Origin: Stegostoma tigrinum | Lineage: Eukaryota | Direction of reading: 5' to 3' | NCBI RefSeq assembly: GCF_030684315.1 | Contig: NC_081361.1 | Span: forward strand, 67,563,553-67,627,552 | Length of the DNA stretch: 64,000 nucleotides | Shown: positions 1-10,149 of the stretch, piece after piece | How the letters are laid out: each line of letters begins with the position of its first letter | Position numbering within the stretch: the first letter of the stretch is position 1 | Notes under the pieces: model-generated | What the model saw: only the letters and a program-made list of their open reading frames with translations | The model's database searches: none | Told to the model about the DNA's origin: nothing | Program-made: the position numbers and the translations under genes

Positions 1-3000
1 GTCCCAGTACTTCAGGAATCTGATGCCCTCTCTCCTTCACCACATTTCCAGCCACACATTCAATCGCTCAGTTCTCCTATTTCTCTCATCGAATGGCATA
101 CATGAACTTGCTAAAGGACTATCTCCACATATATTTAAACATGAGCACTGTGCTCTTCCTTCTTCTTGAGGTATTTGTCTGACGGCAGATCATTGCTATG
201 TTTTGGTGAATAATCACCAAACTACCATGACATTTTTTCTAAATAAAAGAACTGCAGATGTTGTAAATCAGGAACAAAAACAAACTTGCTGGAAAATCAG
301 CAGGTCTGGCAGCATGTGTGGAGGAGAAAACAGAGTTAATGTTTCAGGTCCAGTCACCCTACCTCAGAACATTTTTTTGACATTTTGACATTTTTTCCTA
401 TGGGCATGGCATAGAGACAGGTTCTGAAATTGCCTTAGCTGGAATGGGGATTGATCTCTGTGTTGGCATTAATCTTATTCGCATGCTAGCTGTCTAGCCA
501 ACTGAAATAACCCCATATTCTTCAGAAAATGGCAAAAACACAAAGGTATAGCTACATGTTAGATAGATGGAAATAACTATACATTTTCTGTTTTTCCAAG
601 CACTTGACAAGATTTGGGTAGAAATAATACATTTAATTGCAGTCTTTAATTACTGCTGAGCAGTCTTTTCTAATACAACAATATATTTTGCTCTGCAGGT
701 GCAGAAGTGATCACCATAGAAATGAGCATGTGTCTGCCAGAGCTATTTCGCATTATTCAGTACGATTCATTTTCTTAGAATTCTGTATATTCCCTGTCGT
801 ACAAAGTAGACGTCTAACAAATGAGAATTACAGATGATTGATACATGTTCAAAATATCCGGTCTTGGACATCGCTTGGGTCAGATGGTTTCAGAATACGT
901 AAAAGCCAGATAAGACTGGGCTCTTTACGAGGATTTATCTTTCACACTGTAACAAAGACATGCCTCAGCTTGATGTTCTTGCAAAGCACTTTTTTAAAAA
1001 CTACCATCAGGTGTCAGAGCTTACACAAGGAGTATATTAGTTGCTGCAGCTGGGGTTCAATATTCTGAACTGAATCTATATGTCTCCACATAACTCTGTG
1101 ACTGGCGATACACATGCCTTTTAAACGGCTCTGAGGCAAAGTCTCATCTAGAATCTGCTGATACAGCAGTTGCCTCCAGCTGCATGCTACAAATTATCCC
1201 CCATTACTCACAAAAAAGTATTTCCATTTAAGTAATCAGGAATGTGCAAAATACAGCAGATGCTGGAAATCTGAATTAATATAAAAATGCGGAAAGACTC
1301 AATAGCTCTGGCAATATCTGCAGAGAGAAACAGAACATTTTGTCATGAAATTTTAACAATATAAATACTGCTTGACCTGCTGAAGTTTTCCACTATGTTT
1401 CATTTTATGTCAACAGTTTCATGATTTTGTTTTTGTTTCTTGGTCAGAAGATGTGAAATCACTTCCTGAAACATTATTTTTATTACAGCAAAGGTACACA
1501 TTCAAAGGCTATAAACAAGGGATCCTGCAGTTGCACCAATAACATATTATTTTTACAGCATGGAAGGGGGCTGTTTAACCCATTGTGTCTGCATGATTCA
1601 TCAAAACATCCATCTATTCTGATCCCACTTTCCAGCATTTGGACTGTAGCCTTGTATGTTACAGCATTTCAACCGTTCATCCAAATAGTTGTTAAATGTC
1701 TTCAGAGTTCCTTATGCTACCACACGTTAAGCAGAGTTCCAGTTACCCAAAACCCTCTGGGTGAAAAATCTTTTCCTTGCATCACCCCTAAACTTCCTGC
1801 TTACTACCTGTACAACCCTTGAGAGTTACTTTATGCTGCATGTGAACACAGCTTAAAAGAACAAGTTACAAGAATTGCAAACGTGTACTAAAGGCAGACA
1901 AGCCAACGTGTGGAATCTCATAATTAGCCATTTATTTAGAGACACTAATCAGCATCTCTACTGTCTCACCTCTTGTCCTATAGCCATAATGGTGGAGACA
2001 TGCATTCATTTAATTTTAAAGGTGGATAACATCTATTGCATTCATTATCTTGGAGAGTGAAGTAGTTCATTTTCGTAGGAAGAATACGGAGAGGCAATAA
2101 ATAAAGTGCATAATTCAAAATGTGGTGCGGGAGGAGCAGGCAGACATGGAGGTGTATTTGCATTATTGAAAATGACGGATGAGAAAACAGTGAATAAAGC
2201 AAACAGCATTATGGGGAATAGAGTACAAAAGTAACGAATTTGTGGTAAATTCGTATAAAACACCATATCCGACCACCATTTGTTAGTGGTGTACAAAATC
2301 ATGTGGGATCTGGACAGATTAAATCAGACAACATCATGCGGGGTCTGGACAGAGTAGATGAGATAAAACTGTTCCTTTTGGTGGAAGTATTATGGTCAAG
2401 AAGAGATTATTATTGTGGTTGGCAAAAGAACCAATGGCAACACAAGGAAAAGCTTTTTCATGCAGAGGGTTTTGAAAGGTTTTCTGACAAGGAAGAACAT
2501 ACTGGGCTATGGGGAGAAGCCAGAAAAATGACAAAAGGTGTATTCTCCTCAAGAGAGGCAGCATAGACATGGCGGGCACGGTGGCCTCCTGTGCTGAAAC
2601 CATTCAGTGATAATCACATGGACACAGCCAGGAACTGGAGTTTAACATGGATGACATTAGTTTTAGCAGCTGGGAATATTACAAAAATGTGGCAATCCAC
2701 AAAAATATCAAATATCATTATTTTCTCATCAATTTTCTGAGGGAAAAATAAATTAAATAAAATTTCATTTTGATTGTTAGTCTTTCCAGTGACTTCCTTT
2801 CAGTGAAATAAAGCAGTTTACTGCTCAACATCTGCCCTTGCCTCATTCAATGTTTCTCTGTGTACCTGAAAGTCTGAGTCATTCATCTCATTGCTCTTTG
2901 GGAATTTTCATACAAAATCACAATTGTTTGTCTATACTGAACATTATAATTGTATTTCAAAGTAGCTCCTCGTCTACATAGTGTTTTAGAACATTTCGGA

Positions 3001-3656
3001 GATATAATAAGGCATTACAAAAAGTAGCTGTTTATTTGTTTTTTTTAGTTTTTGAGAACAAATTAAATATTAATTGCATTCGGCTTTATCGTGTGGTTCC
3101 TTGAGCCTTAGCTTACAAAGTGTCAGATCTGATGATCACTGATATTTTATATTGACTTCCAAAGTACATTTGGAACTGCTTGCAACTGTGCCTTCTCTGC
3201 AGTCTAATCACATTGAACGAGAGATAGGTTTCACAACATTACAGAGGCTGGGACCTTTGCTCCATTACTATATTTTCCTTGTTCTTATGTTAATAGAGAG
3301 CAGCACACAGCAGTTGAAAGTTTCAAGAAAATCAGGGAGAGAATGGCAGTTTCCAAATATCAAGAAGTTAAATTTGAATGGGGCACCTAGGATCATGGCA
3401 AACCCTTATCCTGAACTTCTAAAGTTTCAATTCCAGCCTGTGCTGTAAAAAGTTAAAATATTTCTCACCAATAGCAATCAATATTCCATTATTGTACATA
3501 AATGAGTGTAACTTATTTTCAAGAAAACTTCTCTTTTAAATCACTCATTAGCAGATTGGAAATTTGACCCTGTTTTTGGTCCAAATACTTCATCACTAAG
3601 GACTATTTTTGAGGAATATGATAACCATCTATTTGTGAACAATTTTTTTTGTGCAG

Positions 3657-3908
3657 ATGTACAAGGATGGAAAGGACCTCTGTAGTAATATGTGGGGTAT
3701 GACATTCAATGTGATTACATGCCCATGTCACTGTCTGATGATGGATGATGATGACAATAATATGATCCAACATCTGATCCACAATAGAGGAACAGTAGCT
3801 CCAGCTGAAAGCCATACAGAACTTCAGCAAGCACCTTTCTGTCAGCGGAGGCACAAAAATATGAATGACAGGAAGAATAAGAAAAAAGAAATAAAGGGGA
3901 CAAAATAA
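3657..3908 (+). CDS. Terminal coding exon of a riboflavin-binding protein (folate receptor family) gene; upstream exons lie outside the window
   Basis: A polypyrimidine tract and acceptor (ttttttttgtgcag, AG at 3655-3656) precede MYKDGKDLCSNMWGMTFNVITCPCHCLMMDDDDNNMIQHL...FCQRR-stop. This matches the recalled chicken riboflavin-binding protein C-terminus MYANGTDMCQSMWGESFKVSESSCLCLQMNKKDMVAIKHLL...ACQKK in Cys spacing, the MWG motif and the terminal CQ[KR][KR]. Confidence 0.8.
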   Translation: MYKDGKDLCSNMWGMTFNVITCPCHCLMMDDDDNNMIQHLIHNRGTVAPAESHTELQQAPFCQRRHKNMNDRKNKKKEIKGTK

Positions 3909-4885
3909 TGTAAGTACTTGAGTTTATAGAAGTTTAGTTGAAATCCATAACTTATTAAACTATTTATATTTTCTGTTTTAAATATGGTGGCTTTGACTAT
4001 TTGAATCAGATGGATCAAATTAGTGTTAAGCATGAGTTGTGATGTATCCCAATTATGTAAATTTTGCCACTGAGGAATTTATCTCCTCAGCTTACTCTAA
4101 CTTACATTGTTGTGGGGTTTTCTTACCATTTTTATTCCTAACGTGTTTCTCAGGAACAGACCAGATGAATGGCACAATTCCTGTATCCCCATTCGTAAGT
4201 TATTTTCATCCCTCTTGCTCGATCTTTTTGTGTGATCTTTCTGAAAGCTTATTCCTAGACTTGATATTAAAATGCTTATTTTTGACAGCTTATCAACAAT
4301 ACACTCTATTTTTCCAAAGCCTTCTAATGATATTCATGGAAAGAGCAATATTTGTTGTGTAAACAAAGAAAAAGGACAATGTAAAAAATCACACAAAACC
4401 AGGTTATAGTCAAAGGACAAGAAAAATTACAGCACAGCAATTACCATCACACGTGGGAAACACCAACGACCCAATACATGGCAGATACTCACGTGACTCG
4501 GCCAGAGTTGTCTTATCTCATACGCTGCAGGCAAGGATACCCCAGGGCAGGGTATATTGACGAAACCAGGCATATGCTATGACACCGGATAAATGGGCAC
4601 CATGCAACAATGACCAAACAGGGGTGTTCCGTCCCAGTGTGGGAGCACTTTGGCAGTCAAGGACATTTGGCCTTGGATCTTTGGGGTAAACATCTTCCAA
4701 GGCAGACTTCAGGATACATAACAACACAGAGTCGCTGAGCAAAGACTGACAGCCAAGTTTCATGCCCATGAGGATGGCCTCAACCATGATCTTGGTTTCA
4801 TGTCGCCCTACAGGTGACCCCACCACACTCTCACACTCACACACAGAAATCTATGGGGTGAATTTGCATTTGCAGCTTTGTATTT

Positions 4886-5190
4886 CATAGAATCCTACAG
4901 TGTGGAAACAGGCCCTTCGACCCAACAAGTCCACAGTGATCCTCAGAGCATCTCACCCAGACCCATCCCCCTATAACCCTTCTAATCTACACCTTCCTGA
5001 ACACTTGGGCAATTTAGCATAGCCAATCCACCTAGCTTGCACATCTTTGGACTGTGCACTTTGGAAACCAGTGCACCCAGAGGAAACCCACGCTAACATG
5101 AGGACAATGTGCAAACGCCACAAAGACAGTTGCCCGAGGGTGGAATCAAACCCGGTTCTTGGTGCTGTGACGCAGCAGTGCTAACCACTG
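4886..5190 (-). mobile_element. HE1-like tRNA-derived shark SINE with CR1-like tail
   Basis: The reverse complement begins cagtggttagcactgctgcgtcacagcacc...ggtttgattcc (tRNA A/B-box-like) and ends ...ctgtaggattctatg. Same family as 13971, 48374 and 57998. Confidence 0.75.
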
Positions 5191-5561
5191 ACATCATATT
5201 TTGTTCAAAAAGCACACAATTTATAAACAAAGCCAGTCAGTGGAGCATTTTATGAATTCCTGCTTTGGAAATAAACCCTGTCTGACTACAGGGTAAAACA
5301 CAGACAGATTCTAAACAAGGCCTCACATCTAAAATGCCTCTTGTGTGCAATATTAAAACCTTTAGCTATCTCGGGGCAGTGACGTGAAAGAAGTTCTGGG
5401 ATTTTAATCACTCAAAGCCTGAATCTCCTTTCTAACTGATTAAAGATTTTACAGGAAGCCGTCAGCCAGCCATTTTAAATTCATTCAATACATTTGCATT
5501 GTTGTATGATCATCTGATTTCTTACTCGTATGTTCTGTGTCTTGATACCTCATCTTTCACT

Positions 5562-5598
5562 ACACCTGAGGAAGGAGCAATGCTTCGAAAGCTAGTGT
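5562..5598 (+). ncRNA. Minimal type-I hammerhead ribozyme motif (PLE family 1)
   Basis: acac CTGAGGA a ggagc aat gcttc GAAA gcTA gtgt: core CUGANGA and GAAA, stem II GGAGC/GCUUC, 4-bp stem I ACAC/GUGU, palindromic AGCU at stem III. Confidence 0.7.
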
Positions 5599-7384
5599 TT
5601 TCAAACTAACCTGCTGGACTATAACCTGGTGTTGTGTGATTTTTGACCGTGCCCAACTCAGTCCTATACCAGCACCTCCACATTACAGAAAAAGGAGATA
5701 ACCTATTTAGTGCCTAAGAGAACAATTTGACATTTTAGGTTGATTTATGCTAAAATGGAAAGGCTAATTCTGATTATCCTGAAAAGTTTGAAGCCTGGAA
5801 GTGTACAAATGAGCTTCCATCTGAATTATCATTTATGTAACTACCAGCTGCTCAGGTTCTTCACACTGAATAGAAAAATAATCATTGGAAGCATTCAATT
5901 CTATTAAGTCACTAAGGTTTTGTAGCTATATTTTAGTTTTCAAAATAAATTATGTAATAAAATCAATCAATCAATCAAGCCATCTTAACTGAGCAGGGAA
6001 GATAGCCACGATGAAAATTGGTTCTCTGACAGGATTTATCGAGGACTATCATTGTTCACTAACTGAGTGATGTGAGCAGAAGAGTGAAATAGTTCAAGTG
6101 GAAACTGCAGATGCTGGAGAATCCGAGATAACAAAGTGTAGAGGTGGATGAACACATCAGGCCACGCAACATCTCAGGAGCACAAAAGCTTGCTGCTTGG
6201 TCTGCCAAGTTACTACCTTAACTAGATTTATAATTCTCAGATCAAATCACATTATCTGAATACTTTTGTTTAATTTTGTCTGTTAAATTACTTTCTTTCC
6301 CATATACTTTATTTTGTTCAGAATTGTGCTACTTATATCTTCTTTTCACTTATAGCACAGTAAAGAGCTGATGCCACTGCTGCTGATCAGGGATTTACTT
6401 GAAGAAAAAGGATTAATGTTTTGAACAGCCAAATGGACAATAAATTTGTCAAATAAAGATAACAATAAACATTTTTGAAAAATCACTCCCATCATCTTTT
6501 GGATGTTTGAATTTTCATTTTCAGTGCGGGTTTGAGACATTGCAACTGTTCTATTTCCAAATACCTAAATTCCATAATGAGCCGGGAAATTTTATCTCGC
6601 CATTGTCTTGGGAGAAAGTGTCTTGGTACACCTGATTTTCATTCCAGGAAGGCATGTGCATAATGGCGTCTGAGGTATTCAGAGGGACTGCTAAGAGACT
6701 TTTCAACCACCCACCTCAGTTATCTTTGGAGTTTGTCCCTGTTGTCTCCTTAAATTTTATGTCTTTTATCCTTTAGCCCTCATACCCCATGCCACATGCC
6801 AAGTCATGTCAACCTATACATACTCAACACCATCTTCAGCCCTTCAAATCTGCATGCCAACTGACTTCATATCCAAGTTAAAACTGAAATAGATCACATT
6901 AAATTTAACATAAAATAATTCATATCTACTGAGCTTGATTCATAATTGTTCTGATAAATAAAATAACACTGTTGACATTTCCAAAAGGTCTATCATTATG
7001 TTATTATTAATACTTGGCTGCCTACCACATCCTGTAATTATCTCAGCGGTGTATCCTAAGTTCACAACTTGATTGACAGTCAGATTGTTCGTTGACATTT
7101 CAAAGAAATTGCTAAAGAATTAGCTGTCTTGGACACACTGTAATGAAGCAAGCCTGCTTGTTTTTATAGGAAAATAAGTACTTGAGGGGAAAACATTTTA
7201 AATTTTTTTATGAATGGAAATTTTCTTTAACTGTAGATAGTAAAGGCTGTGGTAAATAGAGACCTATATATAATTTCAACAAGGCTCTTGGTGTCTATCC
7301 TTGGCTATTATGAGGTGTGTTGGTTAAATATGAAATGATTCTTTAACATCAATATTTCAGTGTATCGGGGAAAGTATCAACTTG

Positions 7385-7580
7385 TTCCCCACCTATACTC
7401 CACCTATCTTCTCCTCTATCCATCTTCAGTCCGCCTCCCCCTCTCTCCCTGTTTATTTCAGAATCCTCTCCCCATCCCCCTTTTCAGATGAAGGGTCTAG
7501 GCCTGAAATGTCAGCTTTGTGCTCCTAAGATGCTGCTTGGCCTGCTGTGTTCATCCAGCTCCACACTTTGTTATCTTACA
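7385..7580 (+). mobile_element. PLE 3'-end fragment (main family) with degenerate hammerhead
   Basis: Matches the 3' end of the 45200-45500 copy; the core has decayed to cagatgaagggtctaggcctgaaatgtc. Confidence 0.75.
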
Positions 7581-8489
7581 TTAATTCTGGATCAGGATTG
7601 AATCAATCAATTGATTATAACCTGTTTAAAAACCTGACATCTGAATGATTAAATAAGCCAGCATTTATTGCCCATTCCTAGTCATCCTTGAGAAGATGGC
7701 AGTCTTTTTGAACCACTGTAGTCCATTGGCAGAATGGAATAAGAAAAGCAAGTTTAACCATCTTCGTTACTTTTTGTTACACATGTAATATCAATATTAC
7801 AACCCAATCTTAGGTTCACACCACCAACTCTTATATTTAAGCATTTCAACACATATCCTCACATTTGCAATCCCAAGTGTCCATGTATAAGAATTGGCTA
7901 ACAGTCAGAGCATCCGCGATTGCATTTAAGAAATATACCCTGGACGTCAAAAGCTGTTCCTTCACTGACCGCAAAATCTGAGTAATTACGTTTATTAAAA
8001 TTATAGAGTAATGGAAACAAGTTTAAACTTTTTATTATGATAGCAGGAACGATCAACACGCATAGATTTGGCATCTTTAGAACAACGATAAAACATCTGG
8101 GCGGTAAAAATTATGAATGAATCTTGATCATAATAGTTGTCAAACACATTTCCTTCACTGATAATGTTCCGACTCATCCCCGTTGTATTACTCCATTTGA
8201 TATGTTGAAATAACATGTTTGTCAATTATACTGTCAACAGCCTGCCGCAATCTGCGGCCTCTTGAACTCCAGTTACCCTGGTTCAATAAACAGCACTTAC
8301 TTTGTAACACACTGTATCCTGAGTCTGCATTATTTAAATCTGGAACTGGTGGGTGTACAATCAATCTCAACCTTTCTGTTCTGATACAGAGTCCGTTTGC
8401 AGAAACAATAACTCTTTGAACACTTCAATTCACATATTTCAAAACTGGTCATTGCAAAAATGACTATTTTACTTTCTGACCTTTAACAG

Positions 8490-8927
8490 TGCGGGGGTGA
8501 GGTTCGCCTTGCTTCAACGCGGGGTTTGTTTACAATGCTCGCGGTACGACAGTGCCTCCTATCGTCCCGGAGGAGTCCGACACGCAGCGCCACCGTCTGT
8601 CCTGGAGGAGTCCGACACGCAGCGCCGCCGTCTGTTCCGGAGGACTCTGTTTTGCAGCGCCCCCGTCCGCCCCGCCCTCCTCAGTTGTGGCGGTTTCGCG
8701 CACTGTCCGGCAGGACTCGGCGCCCCCCACCGTCCCGGCCGGAAGCCGCCATGCGGGGCTCGATTACTCGACCTAGCAGGGAGGATAAGCCGATGACGGT
8801 GAGCGCCGTCGGCTCGGTGCCGTGTTGGAGCAGACTGATGGTGTGCGAGGAGTTTTCGACCGTGTGACAGCGCCCGGTTGTCCGGGGGGGGTGCAGTGTG
8901 TGTTACGTGTTGCCACGTAACGGAGCG
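8490..8927 (+). promoter_or_regulatory. IPP CpG-island promoter / 5' region
   Basis: Abrupt GC- and CpG-rich island immediately before the IPP start codon, with GC boxes (ccgccc), an ETS-like ccggaag at about 8739 and a possible donor gtgagc at 8799. Confidence 0.7.
8569..8649. repeat. 35-bp tandem repeat (about 2.3 copies) in the IPP promoter
   Basis: ggaggagtccgacacgcagcgcc(a/g)ccgtctgt(c/t)c(t/c) starts at 8569 and 8604, with a partial copy at 8639. Confidence 0.85.
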
Positions 8928-9231
8928 ATGGCACATTGTGTTTACCCGAAGCCGGGCCTGGCCTGTGAAGTGGCACAGTCGGCTTGTGATAAACATGCCC
9001 GGCTCCTGCTGGCCCAGATAAACCGCATGAGGGGCCGGGCTGAATTCTGTGATGTGCAGCTGCAGGTGGAGGAGCAGCTTTTTAGCGTCCACAAGCTGAT
9101 ACTGGCCGCCAGCAGCCCGTACTTCGCAGTGCTGTTCGCAGGAGGGATGCAGGAAGCCAGCAAAAGTCTCATCCAGATCCATGGTATCGAGGCTGAAACT
9201 TTCCGCTTACTCCTGGAGTTTATTTACACAG
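8928..9231 (+). CDS. IPP: IPP / KLHL27 coding exon 1 (BTB domain)
   Basis: MAHCVYPK...DKHARLLLAQINRMRGRAEFCDVQL...HKLILAASSPYF...FIYTG matches the IPP N-terminus. Donor G|gtaaat, phase 1. Confidence 0.93.
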
Positions 9232-9610
9232 GTAAATATCCGCGGGACTGTTGTTATTTCATAACAAGACAACAAATCTCGATGGGAATAAACTACTAGG
9301 CGGAGGCAGGAAGAAACTGCAATTGAGTTAAAACCGAAAGAACTGTGGATGCTGTAAATCAGGAGTGAAAGCAAAGTTGCTGGAAAAGATCAGTAGGCCT
9401 GACAGCATCTATGAAGGAAAATATCAGACTTTAAGGTTTCGGGTCCTCAGAGCCTTCCTGGGTATTTGTAAGAGGACATTCAGATCTAAAGTGAAGTCCT
9501 TCTTTCAAACTTGTGCAGTAACTCCAAGAAGGTAGGTATCTCGTCACCAAATCATCTTTTATTTACACGTGCGTAGTGCATGACAGTGACCCAACTGGCG
9601 CAGAGCCAGC

Positions 9611-9704
9611 AGGCCAAGCAGCATCTAGCTCGGCCTGCTGTGTTCGTCCAGCTTCACACTTTGTTATCTTGGATTCTCCAGCATCTGCAGGTCCCGTTAT
9701 CTCT
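9611..9704. mobile_element. Short inverted PLE-end insertion nested in the Gypsy 3' LTR
   Basis: aggccaagcagcatc is followed by the inverted ggcctgctgtgttc...ttatctct; flanked by agagccagc on both sides. Confidence 0.65.
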
Positions 9705-10020
9705 GGCAGAGAGCCAGCTCTGACTGAGCAGAATCCCTGACACTCCTGTTTATGACTTTCAGCCAGGACTCACTGACTGGACTTGTTCTTTTTCCTGTAG
9801 CTTCTCCTGTGGTGTTTTTGCACTGGGCCTAATTCTTTGGTGTCCTCTCAGATACAGGCGACATGTCCCAGACCATAGCCTGCCTCTTGCACCTGGAATG
9901 TCTCAGCTGAAAGTTATCTTCATTCAGTAACGGTGACAAGGCTGCAACATCTGCCATATCCATCTCGTTCTGAGAGACTTTTCCAACATTAGGTAGAGGG
10001 AGAACACAACAGTTCTGACC

Positions 10021-10149
10021 TTACAAAGTGTGGAGCTGGATGAACACAATAGGGCAAGCATCATCTTAGGAACACAAAAGCTGACATTTTGGACTGGACC
10101 CTTCAGGATCTCGGATTCTCCAGCATCTGGAGTTCACATTACCTCTGAT
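10021..10149. mobile_element. Short inverted PLE-end insertion nested in the Gypsy element
   Basis: Minus-orientation PLE end joined to a plus-orientation end; imperfect flanking repeat acaacagttctgac / acaacggtcctgac. Confidence 0.65.

Larger units (their letters stand above)
4377..5686 (+). mobile_element. Decayed Penelope-like element (GIY-YIG remnant, 3' hammerhead motif, short inverted 3'-end copy at left), with a nested SINE
   Basis: About 4480-4570 reads as a degenerate (frameshifted) ..VVYLIRCRQG..GYIxET GIY-YIG motif. Inverted ends at 4383-4411 and 5617-5644. Direct repeat agaaaaagga at 4367-4376 and 5687-5696. Confidence 0.7.

Noticed and set aside
699-837. Acceptor-like ctctgcag followed by an open frame, as a candidate upstream RBP exon
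   Set aside because: The translation does not resemble the expected WYEACK..NW..DW..C exon.
8559-9182. 207-aa antisense ORF and other overlapping ORFs at the IPP start
   Set aside because: By-product of GC-rich sequence and the antisense frame of the BTB exon.
9513-9785. LTR-driven IPP promoter, by analogy with the mouse IAP-promoted transcript
   Set aside because: The element is antisense, decayed and downstream of the start codon; nothing in the sequence supports promoter use.
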